A DNA stretch of 64,000 bases, from NCBI GenBank assembly GCA_963422755.1, contig OY730488.1, one strand, 5' to 3'. Below the pieces are notes generated by a model. That model did no database searches. It worked only from the letters and a program-made list of their open reading frames with translations, and was not told the DNA's origin. Positions 28,963 to 38,802 of the stretch are shown here, one piece after another; within the stretch, counting starts at the first letter, position 1; every line of letters begins with the position of its first letter. The translations under genes and the position numbers were made by a program. This DNA comes from Dehalococcoidia bacterium. Its GTDB lineage: Bacteria > Chloroflexota > Dehalococcoidia > Bin125.

Positions 28963-31122
28963 CTATGAGCCACCGCTGCTGGGGGCAGTGGCGGAGCGGT
29001 CCGGTCCTTGCGTCCAGTCCGACCATGACCGCAGCCCCCATTCATGGTAAGCGGCTACCCGCACCCGATAGTCCTTCCCTGCACGCATTTTGCGCGGCGG
29101 GATCACGATTGGGGAGCTATGCCATTTGAAGTATCCCTCATGGGAGCACGAAGGAGATGTGCAATCCCAGTGTATGTAATAGTCGCGCACGCCGTTCAAC
29201 GGAACCCAGTTGACAGTCAGGTAGCCAGCGGCATCCCCTTCTAGGGTCGGAGCTGCCATCGCGGGGAGCGCTGGGGGCGGAACCTCCGCCACCCAGTCCG
29301 ACCATGGACTGGCTCGATTAATCCGTACTGAAAACATTCGCACCTTATATGTATTGCCAACTGGCATGCTTAGGAGCGCGTATGAGTTAACGCCGTGGGC
29401 TTGTACTCTTGTATACGAATAATCTATTTTCTCTGGACAGGCTCCTGAGGTGCATCGCAGCTGGTAGGCGTATTGGTCGTGTTCTCGATCCGGAGTCCAG
29501 TTAATCGCGAGCTTACCATTCGTTCGGCGGCTCACAGTAAACGCCGGTGGCTTTGGTGCCGTGAGCGTGCTCAGCGTAGCCGTTTCCGACCAGGGCGACC
29601 AGTCCCGTGCCACATACACATCAGCCGGCGCCACGCGCGCCCGATAGTCCGCGCCCACATGCATTTTGTGCGCCTGAACCACAACCGGCGAGGTACGCGA
29701 TTTGACTGTCGGCGTATGCGAGCATCGGGGAGAAATACAATCATATTGTATGACGTAGTTGGTTACGCCGCTCACTGCAGTCCAACTGATAGCGAGGTCG
29801 CCGTTGGGCTTCGGAGTTGCGGTGGGCGCGGCCATTTGTGGGATAGCCGGACTCACAGCCGTTTCCGACCAGGGCGACCAGTCCCGTGCCCCATGTACAT
29901 CAGCCGGCGCCACGCGCGCCCGATAGTCCGCGCCCAGATGCAGTTTGCGCAACGGAACCACAATCGGCGAGGTATGCCATTTGAATGTCGACTCATGCGA
30001 GCATGAGGCAGAAACGCAATCCCATTGTATGACGTAGCCGGTTGCTCCGCTCACTGCAGTCCAACTGATAGTGAGGTCGCCGTTGGATTCTCGAGTTGCG
30101 GTGGGCGCGGTCATTTGCGGGATGACCGGAGGCACAGGCGTTTCTGACCAGTCTGACCAGTCCGACCAGTCCCGTGCCCCATCTTCATCAGCCGGGGCCA
30201 CGCGCGCCCGATAGTCCGCGGCCATACGCAGTTTGCGCAACGGAACCACAATCGGCGAGGTATGCCATTTGAATGTCGACGCATGCGGGCATGGGGCAGA
30301 AGCGCAATCCCATTGTATGACGTAGCCGGTTGCGCCGCTCACTGCAGTCCAACTGATAGTGAGGTCGCCGTTGGATTCTCGAGTTGCGGTGGGCGCGGCC
30401 ATTTGCGGGATGTCTTGCGGGAGGGCCGGAATCTCAGCCGTTTCCGACCAGGGCGACCAGTCCAGTCGTGTCCCATGCGCATCGGCCGGCACGATCCGCG
30501 CCCGATAGGCCTTACCACTACGCAACTTGCCTCTGAGGAAGGTGTGGCTGGAGCTATCCCATGCCACACCCTGCAGGGTGTGGGAGCACGAAGCGGATGT
30601 GCAATCAATTTGCACGAGGTAGCGGGTCGCGCCGCTCAGCTTCGTCCAGTTCACCGCCAAGTCGCCGTTCGCTTGCTGCTGTACGGTCGGCGCATCCATG
30701 ATCGCAAGGGCCGGGAGTGGCGTCTCGTCCACCCAGTCCGACCACGCGCTGGGATCTCCCAGCCCCCTCTGCTCCGCGCGTATCTTCACCCGATACGTTT
30801 GGTCAAGCGGTTTCCTCAAAAGGGCGTATGAATTGGTACGCAGTTTCGCCGAGAACTCATAGGGAGGATCCGTGCACCCGGCCGATACGCATTCTACGAC
30901 CAGTTTGTAATGCGTGGCGCCAGCCACATTGTTCCAGCTCATGCCTATCAGGCCATTCCCGCGACGCCGCAAAACGATCCACGGCGTTTCCAAGGCATCT
31001 TCGCTGTCGTCCGGAGCTACCACCGCATCCTGCGGCTGCGCTTGCGCCGGCGACGGCGACAGTACGCCCACCGCGACCAACGACAGAACCAGCACGGCCG
31101 CAACTGCTATCACGTACCGCAT
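28963..31122 (-). CDS. Secreted FN3-like repeat protein 3 (~7 domains)
   Basis: Signal peptide MRYVIAVAAV..AQA; three near-identical tandem domains; WSPWS, WSDWS. Confidence 0.82.
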   Translation of the reverse strand: MRYVIAVAAVLVLSLVAVGVLSPSPAQAQPQDAVVAPDDSEDALETPWIVLRRRGNGLIGMSWNNVAGATHYKLVVECVSAGCTDPPYEFSAKLRTNSYALLRKPLDQTYRVKIRAEQRGLGDPSAWSDWVDETPLPALAIMDAPTVQQQANGDLAVNWTKLSGATRYLVQIDCTSASCSHTLQGVAWDSSSHTFLRGKLRSGKAYRARIVPADAHGTRLDWSPWSETAEIPALPQDIPQMAAPTATRESNGDLTISWTAVSGATGYVIQWDCASAPCPHASTFKWHTSPIVVPLRKLRMAADYRARVAPADEDGARDWSDWSDWSETPVPPVIPQMTAPTATRESNGDLTISWTAVSGATGYVIQWDCVSASCSHESTFKWHTSPIVVPLRKLHLGADYRARVAPADVHGARDWSPWSETAVSPAIPQMAAPTATPKPNGDLAISWTAVSGVTNYVIQYDCISPRCSHTPTVKSRTSPVVVQAHKMHVGADYRARVAPADVYVARDWSPWSETATLSTLTAPKPPAFTVSRRTNGKLAINWTPDREHDQYAYQLRCTSGACPEKIDYSYTRVQAHGVNSYALLSMPVGNTYKVRMFSVRINRASPWSDWVAEVPPPALPAMAAPTLEGDAAGYLTVNWVPLNGVRDYYIHWDCTSPSCSHEGYFKWHSSPIVIPPRKMRAGKDYRVRVAAYHEWGLRSWSDWTQGPDRSATAPSSGGS

Positions 31123-31155
31123 CGCGCTCCCCCATCCTTTGATCATCCACCAATG

Positions 31156-31283
31156 GCATCGGCTGTCGGCGACAGCGCGGAGAAGATAACACATAACGCC
31201 TGCCAACGGGAATTCCCTACCTGGTCAGACAGCTGCTAACCCGAAATCCACACCAGGCGAGACGCCTCTGGCGCTCGCGCCCC
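31156..31283 (-). promoter_or_regulatory. Conserved FN3-gene upstream cassette, copy A
   Basis: Near-identical to 33157-33265 and 40716-40843; two 33-bp direct repeats, TGTGnTATCTT extended -10, short hairpin. Confidence 0.7.
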
Positions 31284-31372
31284 CCGCAGCCCACAGCCGC
31301 CTGCCTCACAATATACTGCTGATACCGGATCTAGTCTCGTTGGCTTACCGGATCTCTTCCCAGTGCTCGGGC

Positions 31373-31498
31373 GGAAGCGCAGCTCGCCAACCGGCGGAGC
31401 GGCGAACGGCACGCCGCGAAACACGTGCAGATCATCCTCGGCCAGACCTTGCAATCGGCCGTACTTGGTGTCAACGACGGGAGGCATCGGCAGTTCCT
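31373..31498 (-). pseudogene. 5' fragment duplicate of the carboxylesterase gene (37207-38745)
   Basis: MPPVVDTKYGRLQGLAEDDLHVFRGVPFAAPPVGELRFR plus upstream bases match ~38630-38757, then homology stops. Confidence 0.88.
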
Positions 31499-31767
31499 TC
31501 CTGCAAGCGCATCAAGGCGCGATAGCCGCGCGCACTGACTGAGCATCCCGCGCAATGCGCGGGTTGGCATCATGAGACACCGACAGATGCCCATTGGGCA
31601 GAGCAGCCTAAGGCTGACTTCACACAGGGGATTGTGTTCGGTGAATGGCTTGGGGGATCAAGCGCACGCTGACCGCAAGGCAGCAGCACCATACTACCAG
31701 TCGTCTGCATGCCCAAGGGCGCGAAATAGCATCCGCCCGTTCGCCACGCTGCGGAGATGGCGCATCA

Positions 31768-31799
31768 CCCGCGCCGCCACATCTCTGTGACGGCGCGGG
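31768..31799. terminator. GC-rich hairpin downstream of FN3 gene 4
   Basis: CCCGCGCCGCCAC-ATCTCT-GTGACGGCGCGGG. Confidence 0.5.
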
Positions 31800-31854
31800 G
31801 TGTCGACTGGCGCCCTGTCCAACCAACCGTTCAGCTAGCCGTTATGAACCGCCG

Positions 31855-33117
31855 CTATCGAGTGAGAGTCGCGCTCGCGCTCCAGGGCGACCAATCCTCT
31901 CGTGCCCCATGTGAATCGGCCGGCACGATCCGCGCCCGATAGTCCTTGCCACTATGCATCCTGCGCGCCAGGAAGGTGTAGCTGGAGCTATCCCCTGCCG
32001 TCCCCGACAGGGTGTGGGAGCACGAAGCGGATGTGCAATCAATTTGCACGAGGTAGAGGGTCGCGCCGCTCAACTTCGTCCAGTTCACCACCAAGTCGCC
32101 GTTCGCTTGCGCTTGCACGGTCGGCGCGTCCATGACCGCAAGGACCGGCAGTGGCGTCTCGTTCACCCAGTCCGACCATGGCCCAACTTGTGATCCCTTT
32201 ACAACCCGCATCTTCACCCGAAACTCTTTGTTCGGTGTCGTCCGTATGAACCCATAGGTGGCTCTGTACTGGATCCGACTTTGGCTGACTTCCGTACACC
32301 CTGGCGTCGTGCATTCTCTACGGATGTCGAATGCTGTGGAACCTGCAATCGGAACCCAGTTCACCCCGAGCTTGCCGTTCCCCCGACGCTTCACAGTAAA
32401 CGTAGGTACTTCTGTAACCGCAGAAGCGGGAATCGTTAGCGTCACCGAAGCCGACCAGGGCGACCAGTTCTCTCGTGCCCCATGCGCATCGGCCGGCACG
32501 ATCCGCGCCCGATATTCCTTACCACTATGCATCCTGCGCGCCAGGAAGGTGAAGCTGGAGCTATCCCCTGCCTTCCCCGACAGGGTGTGGGAGCACGAAG
32601 CGGATCTGCAATCAATTTGCACGAGGTAGCGGGTCGCGCCGCTCAGCTTCGTCCAGTTCACCAACAAGTCGCCGTTCGCTTGCGCTTGCACGGTCGGCGC
32701 ATCCATGACCGCAAGGACCGGCAGTGGCGTCTCGTCGACCCAGTTCGACCACGCGCTGGGATCCCCCCCCCTCTGCTCCGCTCGTATCTTCACCCGATAG
32801 GTTTGGTCAAGCGGTCTCGTCAAAAAGGCGTATGAGTGGGTACGCAGTTTCGGCGTGAACTCATAGGGAGGCTCCGTACACCCGGCCGGTACGCATTCTA
32901 CGACCAGTCTGTAATGCGTGGCGCCAGCCACATTGTTCCAGCTCATCCCGATCTTGCCATTCCCTCGACGCCGCAAGACAATCCACGGCGTTTCCAAGGC
33001 ATCTCCGCTGTCGTCCGGACCCACCTCCAGCTGCGCTTGCGCCGGCGCCGGCGAATGTGCGCCCACCGCCACCAACGACAGAACCAGCACGGCCGCAACT
33101 GCTATCACGTATCGCAT
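31855..33117 (-). CDS. Secreted FN3-like repeat protein 4 (~4 domains)
   Basis: N-terminus and first two domains close to protein 3; domains 2 and 4 near-identical. Confidence 0.82.
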   Translation of the reverse strand: MRYVIAVAAVLVLSLVAVGAHSPAPAQAQLEVGPDDSGDALETPWIVLRRRGNGKIGMSWNNVAGATHYRLVVECVPAGCTEPPYEFTPKLRTHSYAFLTRPLDQTYRVKIRAEQRGGDPSAWSNWVDETPLPVLAVMDAPTVQAQANGDLLVNWTKLSGATRYLVQIDCRSASCSHTLSGKAGDSSSFTFLARRMHSGKEYRARIVPADAHGARENWSPWSASVTLTIPASAVTEVPTFTVKRRGNGKLGVNWVPIAGSTAFDIRRECTTPGCTEVSQSRIQYRATYGFIRTTPNKEFRVKMRVVKGSQVGPWSDWVNETPLPVLAVMDAPTVQAQANGDLVVNWTKLSGATLYLVQIDCTSASCSHTLSGTAGDSSSYTFLARRMHSGKDYRARIVPADSHGAREDWSPWSASATLTR

Positions 33118-33156
33118 CGCGCTTCCCCATCCTTTGACCATCCATCAATGGCGTCC

Positions 33157-33265
33157 GCTGTCGGCGACAGCGCGGAGAAGATAACACATAACGCCTGCCA
33201 ACGAGAAATCCCTACCTGGTCAGACAGCTGCCAACCCGAAATCCCCACCAGGCGAGACACCTCTG
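33157..33265 (-). promoter_or_regulatory. Conserved FN3-gene upstream cassette, copy B
   Basis: Near-identical to copy A. Confidence 0.7.
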
Positions 33266-33502
33266 TCACACCCGCTCCGGCCGCGTGCTGCGTGCCACGA
33301 TGGACAAGTCCACACACAGTCGCTGTCCCCCTCTATACTGACGCCATGATGATGTGCGCGTCAGGAGGAGCTGAACCGCGGGCTGCTGCCCGCGGTGCGC
33401 TCGTGGCCTGATCGGAGGCCACCGCTCCGGCCGGACGCTGGCGGTGATGTGGCCGTCTCTCTCCCTCCACCCCTACGACTTCTTGCTACAGGAGTGCTCC
33501 TC

Positions 33503-35056
33503 ATGGTTGACCGAGTCCGAATCTTCGATACCACCCTGCGCGACGGCGAACAGGCCGCCGGTGTCTCCTTCTCCGCCGAGGAGAAACTGCAGATTGCGAA
33601 GCTGCTCGAGAAGATGGGCGTCGACTGCATCGAAGCCGGCTTCGCGGCCGCCTCGCCCGCCGACTTCGACGCCGTCAACCGCATCGCGCGCGAAGTGCGC
33701 GGCACGCAGATCGCCACGCTCTGTCGCGCCGTCCCCAACGACGTCGACCAGGGTTGGGAGGCGATCCGCGACGGCGAGAATCCCCGCTTGCACGTCTTCC
33801 TCTCCTCGTCCGACATCCACATTGCGCACCAGCTACGCAAGGATCGCGAATCAGTCTTGCAGCAGGCGCGTGAGATGGTCGCGCGGGCGAAGCAGTACGT
33901 CAGCGATGTCGAGTTTTCACCGATGGACGCGACCCGCTCGGACGTGGATTTCGTGCGTCGCATGCTGCGCGAGGTGATCGAAGCCGGCGCGACCACGATC
34001 AACATCCCCGACACCGTCGGCTACGCCATTCCCGACGAGTTCGCACGCTTCATCGAGGGCATCCTCGAAGATGTGCCCGGCGCCGACAACGTCGTCGTCT
34101 CCGTCCACTGTCACAACGACCTGGGTCTGTCGACGGCCAACTCGCTGGCCGCAGTGGGTGCCGGCGCACGCCAGGTTGAGTGCACGATCAACGGACTCGG
34201 CGAACGCGCGGGCAACACCTCGCTCGAAGAAACTGTGATGGCCATCCGTACCCGCGCCGACCACCTTGCGGTAGAGATCGGCGTCGACCCGCAGTACCTC
34301 GTGCCCGCCTCGCGGATGGTCCAGGACTTCGCCGGGATGCACGTCCAGCCGAACAAGGCGATCGTCGGACTCAACGCGTTCCGCCACCAGTCGGGCATCC
34401 ACCAAGACGGCGTCGTCAAGATGCGCGAGACCTACGAAATCATGGACCCCAAGGAGGTCGGCTGGGTCGAGGGCTCGCAGTTCGTGCTCTCCAAGCTCTC
34501 CGGCCGCGCGGGCTTCCGCTCGCGACTCGAGGATCTGGGCTTCGAACTGGAGAATGATGAGTTCAACGCCGCCTTCAGCCGCTTCCAACAGCTCGCCGAT
34601 CGCAAGACGGTTGTCGATGATCGCGACCTGGAAGCTATCGTCAGGGATCAGCTCGGCCAGCCGACCGAGGGTTGGCAACTCATCTCGATCGAGATTTCCG
34701 CCGGGACGACCGCCACGCCGTCGGCGACGGTGACGCTGCGTTCGCCTGATGGCGTGGAGCGCTCCGACACCCGGACTGGCACCGGCCCGGTCGACGCGAT
34801 CTACCAGACCATCCGAGGTCTGACCGATATCGCTGACGAACTCGAGGAGTACAGCGTGACCAGCATCACCGAAGGCCTGGACGCGCAGGGTGAGGTCACT
34901 ATCCGGATCAAGGTCGACGGGGCTACGCATACCGGCCGCGCGTCAGACCAGGACATCCTCGTGGCCTCCGCGCGCGCCTATCTGAACGCGATCAACCGTC
35001 ACGTGGCTGGCGCAGTCGGCGCCACGCCCGCGACCGTGCTGGAACGCACGCCCTAA
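33503..35056 (+). CDS. leuA: 2-isopropylmalate synthase
   Basis: IFDTTLRDGEQ, PDTVG, HCHNDLG, NGLGERAGN, SGIHQDG, C-terminal regulatory domain. Confidence 0.96.
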   Translation: MVDRVRIFDTTLRDGEQAAGVSFSAEEKLQIAKLLEKMGVDCIEAGFAAASPADFDAVNRIAREVRGTQIATLCRAVPNDVDQGWEAIRDGENPRLHVFLSSSDIHIAHQLRKDRESVLQQAREMVARAKQYVSDVEFSPMDATRSDVDFVRRMLREVIEAGATTINIPDTVGYAIPDEFARFIEGILEDVPGADNVVVSVHCHNDLGLSTANSLAAVGAGARQVECTINGLGERAGNTSLEETVMAIRTRADHLAVEIGVDPQYLVPASRMVQDFAGMHVQPNKAIVGLNAFRHQSGIHQDGVVKMRETYEIMDPKEVGWVEGSQFVLSKLSGRAGFRSRLEDLGFELENDEFNAAFSRFQQLADRKTVVDDRDLEAIVRDQLGQPTEGWQLISIEISAGTTATPSATVTLRSPDGVERSDTRTGTGPVDAIYQTIRGLTDIADELEEYSVTSITEGLDAQGEVTIRIKVDGATHTGRASDQDILVASARAYLNAINRHVAGAVGATPATVLERTP

Positions 35057-35106
35057 TCGACAAATGCAGGGCGCAGCAGTAGAGGCACAGCACAGAGGAG
35101 ACCGCC

Positions 35107-36507
35107 ATGGCCGGACGCACCGTTGCGCAGAAGATTTGGGACGAGCACCTCATCCGTCGGGTGGAGGGCGAGCCGGACTTGCTCTACATCGACCTGCATC
35201 TGGTGCACGAGGTGACGTCGCCACAAGCCTTCGAAGGTCTGCGGCTCAGCGGACGCACCGTACGTCGGCCCGACCTGACCCTGGCCACGCAGGACCACAA
35301 CGTCCCCACAGACACGCGGGTCGAGCCCTTCGCCGACCCGCTGTCACAGCAGCAGGTCGAAGCGCTGCGCACTAATTGTGCGGAATTCGGCGTCCCGCTC
35401 TACGACACGCTCGACCCACGCCAGGGAATCGTCCATATCATCGGCCCGGAGCAGGGCTTGACCCAGCCCGGGCTGACGATCGTCTGCGGCGACAGCCACA
35501 CATCGACGCACGGGGCGCTCGGGGCGCTCGCCTTTGGCATCGGTACCTCGGAGGTCGAGCACGTGCTCGCCACCCAGACTTTGCCGCAGGCGCCGCTCAA
35601 ACAGATGTCGGTCGAGGTCAGCGGCGAACTGCCCGACGGCTGCGCCGCCAAAGACGTGATTCTCACGATCCTCAACACGATCGGCACCGGCGGCGGCGTA
35701 GGACACGTGATCGAGTACCGCGGCGACGTGATCCGTCAGCTGAGCATGGACGGTCGCATGACCGTCTGCAACATGACCATCGAAGGCGGCGCGCGAGCCG
35801 GACTGGTCGCACCCGACGAGACGACGATCAACTATCTGCAAGGACGGCCGCACGCGCCGCAGGGCGATGACTGGGACGCGGCGGTCGCGCGCTGGCGCGA
35901 GTTGGTCAGCGACGAGGACGCCGTCTTCGATAGCGAAGTCGTGATCGACGGCGCGGACATCGCGCCGTTCGTGACTTGGGGCACCAACCCGGCGCAAAGC
36001 GCGCCGGTGACCGGCGCGATCCCAGATCCAGCCAGCCTGGCCACCGCGTCGGCACAGGAATCTGCGCAGCGCGCGCTGGCCTACCAGGGACTCACGGCGG
36101 GCACAGCGATCACCGATATCGCCGTCGACCGCGTCTTCATCGGCAGTTGTACAAACGGTCGGATCGAAGACCTACGCGCAGCGGCGGACGCGATCGGAGA
36201 TGGTCGCGTCGCGGCAGGCGTCAACGCGATGGTTGTGCCCGGCTCAGGTCTGGTCAAGGCGCAGGCCGAAGCCGAAGGTCTCGCCGACCGCTTCCGTGAC
36301 GCAGGCTTCGAGTGGCGCGACGCCGGCTGCTCGATGTGTCTGGGCATGAACCCCGACACCCTCGCGCCACAGGAGCGTTGCGCTTCGACCAGCAACCGCA
36401 ACTTCGAAGGTCGGCAGGGACCAGGTGGGCGCACCCATCTGGTCAGCCCCGCGATGGCCGCCGCGGCCGCAATCGCGGGCCACTTCGTCGACGTGCGCGG
36501 GCTGTAG
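35107..36507 (+). CDS. leuC: 3-isopropylmalate dehydratase large subunit
   Basis: [45 protein letters not shown]. Confidence 0.97.
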   Translation: MAGRTVAQKIWDEHLIRRVEGEPDLLYIDLHLVHEVTSPQAFEGLRLSGRTVRRPDLTLATQDHNVPTDTRVEPFADPLSQQQVEALRTNCAEFGVPLYDTLDPRQGIVHIIGPEQGLTQPGLTIVCGDSHTSTHGALGALAFGIGTSEVEHVLATQTLPQAPLKQMSVEVSGELPDGCAAKDVILTILNTIGTGGGVGHVIEYRGDVIRQLSMDGRMTVCNMTIEGGARAGLVAPDETTINYLQGRPHAPQGDDWDAAVARWRELVSDEDAVFDSEVVIDGADIAPFVTWGTNPAQSAPVTGAIPDPASLATASAQESAQRALAYQGLTAGTAITDIAVDRVFIGSCTNGRIEDLRAAADAIGDGRVAAGVNAMVVPGSGLVKAQAEAEGLADRFRDAGFEWRDAGCSMCLGMNPDTLAPQERCASTSNRNFEGRQGPGGRTHLVSPAMAAAAAIAGHFVDVRGL

Positions 36508-36547
36508 CGGACTCCAGCAGATCCGGTAAAGGAAGGATCACAGTGGC

Positions 36548-37174
36548 ATGAACAAGGTATTCGTCTATTGGGACAACTCGAACATCTTCCACGAGGCTCA
36601 GCGCCTAGCAGCAGAACGTAACGGTACACCGGGCGCGCGTTCTCTGATCAGGATCAACTTCGATCAGATAATGCGTCTTGCACACGCAGGCCGCCCAATC
36701 GGTCGCGCCGTCGCTGCCGGCTCGGTACCACCGGAAATGCGCCATCTCTGGAACCGTCTCGAAAACAGTGGCGTTCAGGTTCAGCTCTTTGAGCGAGGTT
36801 TCGCTGGTCGCACAGAGCAGGAAATGCCTGACTACTTCTTGCAGAAGTGCATGATGGAAGATGGATTCGACCACTTGGATGATCCGGGGACCGTCGTCTT
36901 GCTCACTGGTGACGGAGCAGGCTATCTGGATGGCGCAGGCTTCCACGCCACACTTGAGCGACTACACCAAAGAGGCTGGCCTATTGAGATTATGTCTTGG
37001 GTACATGCATGTAACCAACGGATGCGTGAGTGGGCGGAACAGAACGGCATCTTCGTCGCGCTTGATGACTTCTATGACTCGATCACATTTCGAGAGCCGT
37101 CGCGGCCCGGGCATGAGTTTGCACTAGGCCGCGACTCTGCTCCACTCGATCTGTCCCGTCGACCAGTTTCGTAA
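36548..37174 (+). CDS. NYN (LabA/DUF88, PIN-like) domain protein
   Basis: VYWDNSNI, GSVPP, VVLLTGDG, GF; lower GC than neighbours. Confidence 0.8.
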   Translation: MNKVFVYWDNSNIFHEAQRLAAERNGTPGARSLIRINFDQIMRLAHAGRPIGRAVAAGSVPPEMRHLWNRLENSGVQVQLFERGFAGRTEQEMPDYFLQKCMMEDGFDHLDDPGTVVLLTGDGAGYLDGAGFHATLERLHQRGWPIEIMSWVHACNQRMREWAEQNGIFVALDDFYDSITFREPSRPGHEFALGRDSAPLDLSRRPVS

Positions 37175-37206
37175 GTTTCTCAGCTGCCCACCCTTGTCGA
37201 GAGACT

Positions 37207-38745
37207 CTACTCCAACAAATCTGACGACCAGATCTCCCGCTCGGTCTCGCGGTCTTTGCGGATCGTCTTGACGTCCGGGCCCAGTACCATCGTATATCGC
37301 TGGTCGGCTCGGTACTGCGGCCAGCCCGGTAACGCGTTCGTGCTGGGATTCCCCGTCCGCGCGAAGCTGAGCCAGGCATCCATGGCAAAACCGGTGAGCT
37401 GATCGGTCTGCGGGTCATCGCCGATGAACGGCCGCATCTCGTTGCCAGTTCCCCAGACGAACGGGATATCGATCGCATGCGGTGCCCGCAAGCGGCCATC
37501 CATCGCCGGCGACTGCTGGTTGAAGAGATACGCGTAGGTCTTCCCCGACCCGCCCAGTCCGCTGTGCGCATCGAGCAGGTGGTCGGACGGGAGGCGGAAG
37601 ACATAGTCGGTCATGACTGAGTCGAGCACCGTCAGCGGATCTGCGCTCGCGCCTCGCGCAGCGCGAGCGTCTCGGTAGTGGTCGTAGAGCCGATTCGCGG
37701 TATCGGCGTCGCCGGCAGTCACCGCCAATGCACCCCGTGCGCCCGCTTCGTCCATCTGGTTGACACCCTGCAGCGCTGCCAGCAGCGTCCACTCATCCTC
37801 GATTGTGCCGCAGAGCAGATCGACGTCCTGGCTGCGACCGTCGCGAACGGCATCAATCGGCAGCGTCTCCAGGAAGCCGCCCTCGACGACCGGCGCGAAA
37901 GCCATCAAGTAGCGGCCGGTGAGGGCGCTCGTTTCGGGAGTCGCGACGAGCGCGTTCTGGGCGTCGAGCATGTCCTGTGCGGGGATGCTGCGCAGCGAGG
38001 CGGCATCATCGGGGCTCACCTCGAGGATCGCACAGTAGCGCCGGCAGACTTCCTCGGCCATGTCGCTCGGCAAAGCGTGGTGGCCAGCGCCAGATTGCGG
38101 AATCGCGCGCTGGAACAGACCCTCAGCCTCGGCCGCGCCGAGCAGCACTCCCACACTCATGCCGCCGGCCGACTCGCCGAAGATCGTGACGTTGTGAGGG
38201 TCGCCGCCGAACCCACTGATGTGGTCGCGCACCCATTGCAGCGCGGCGATCTGGTCGCGCATTCCGTAGTTACCACTGTGCCGGTCGTCGCCATCAGTCA
38301 GCGCCTGATTGTAGAGGTAGCCCAGTGCGCCCAGGCGATAGTTGATCGTGACCACGACGACATCGCCACGACGTGCCAGATGCTGACCATCGTAGATCGG
38401 CGTGGCGCCGGAACCGCCTGAGAATCCGCCGCCGTGAATCCAGAACATGACCGGACGCTTGGCATCGTCCAAGCCGGGCGTCCAGATATTCAGCGTGAGG
38501 CAATCCTCACCCACCGGCATCTCCCAGGCGCCGAGCAACTCCAGCCCCGGCATGAACGTTTGCATCGAGCCGGGCCCGACCTCGTTCGCCGCTCTCACTC
38601 CGTCCCACGGCTCGGGCGGACGCGGCGCGCGGAAGCGCAGCTCGCCAACCGGCGGAGCGGCGAACGGCACGCCGCGAAACACGTGCAGGTCGTCCTCGGT
38701 CAGACCTTGCAATCGGCCGTACTTGGTGTCAACGACGGGAGGCAT
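37207..38745 (-). CDS. Type B carboxylesterase
   Basis: FRGVPFAAPP, EDCLTLNIW, WIHGGG, NYRLG, GESAG. Confidence 0.95.
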   Translation of the reverse strand: MPPVVDTKYGRLQGLTEDDLHVFRGVPFAAPPVGELRFRAPRPPEPWDGVRAANEVGPGSMQTFMPGLELLGAWEMPVGEDCLTLNIWTPGLDDAKRPVMFWIHGGGFSGGSGATPIYDGQHLARRGDVVVVTINYRLGALGYLYNQALTDGDDRHSGNYGMRDQIAALQWVRDHISGFGGDPHNVTIFGESAGGMSVGVLLGAAEAEGLFQRAIPQSGAGHHALPSDMAEEVCRRYCAILEVSPDDAASLRSIPAQDMLDAQNALVATPETSALTGRYLMAFAPVVEGGFLETLPIDAVRDGRSQDVDLLCGTIEDEWTLLAALQGVNQMDEAGARGALAVTAGDADTANRLYDHYRDARAARGASADPLTVLDSVMTDYVFRLPSDHLLDAHSGLGGSGKTYAYLFNQQSPAMDGRLRAPHAIDIPFVWGTGNEMRPFIGDDPQTDQLTGFAMDAWLSFARTGNPSTNALPGWPQYRADQRYTMVLGPDVKTIRKDRETEREIWSSDLLE

Positions 38746-38802
38746 CGGCAGTTCCTTTCAGCCACAGCGCTGGTGTTGACGCAACAGCCACCTGCACACG
38801 GC

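Noticed and set aside
28658-29129. ORFs with MQGRA/WRDPA/MARPC pentapeptide repeats, or a mini-CRISPR
   Set aside because: All are translations of a 15-bp VNTR with no spacers and no coding support.
31156-31283. Known riboswitch (c-di-GMP, cobalamin, SAM) in the FN3 upstream cassette
   Set aside because: No recognisable consensus, and most of the cassette lies upstream of the putative -10.
33346-33502. T-box or classical Leu attenuator before leuA
   Set aside because: No GGTGGnACC T-box, no Leu codon run, no U-tailed terminator.
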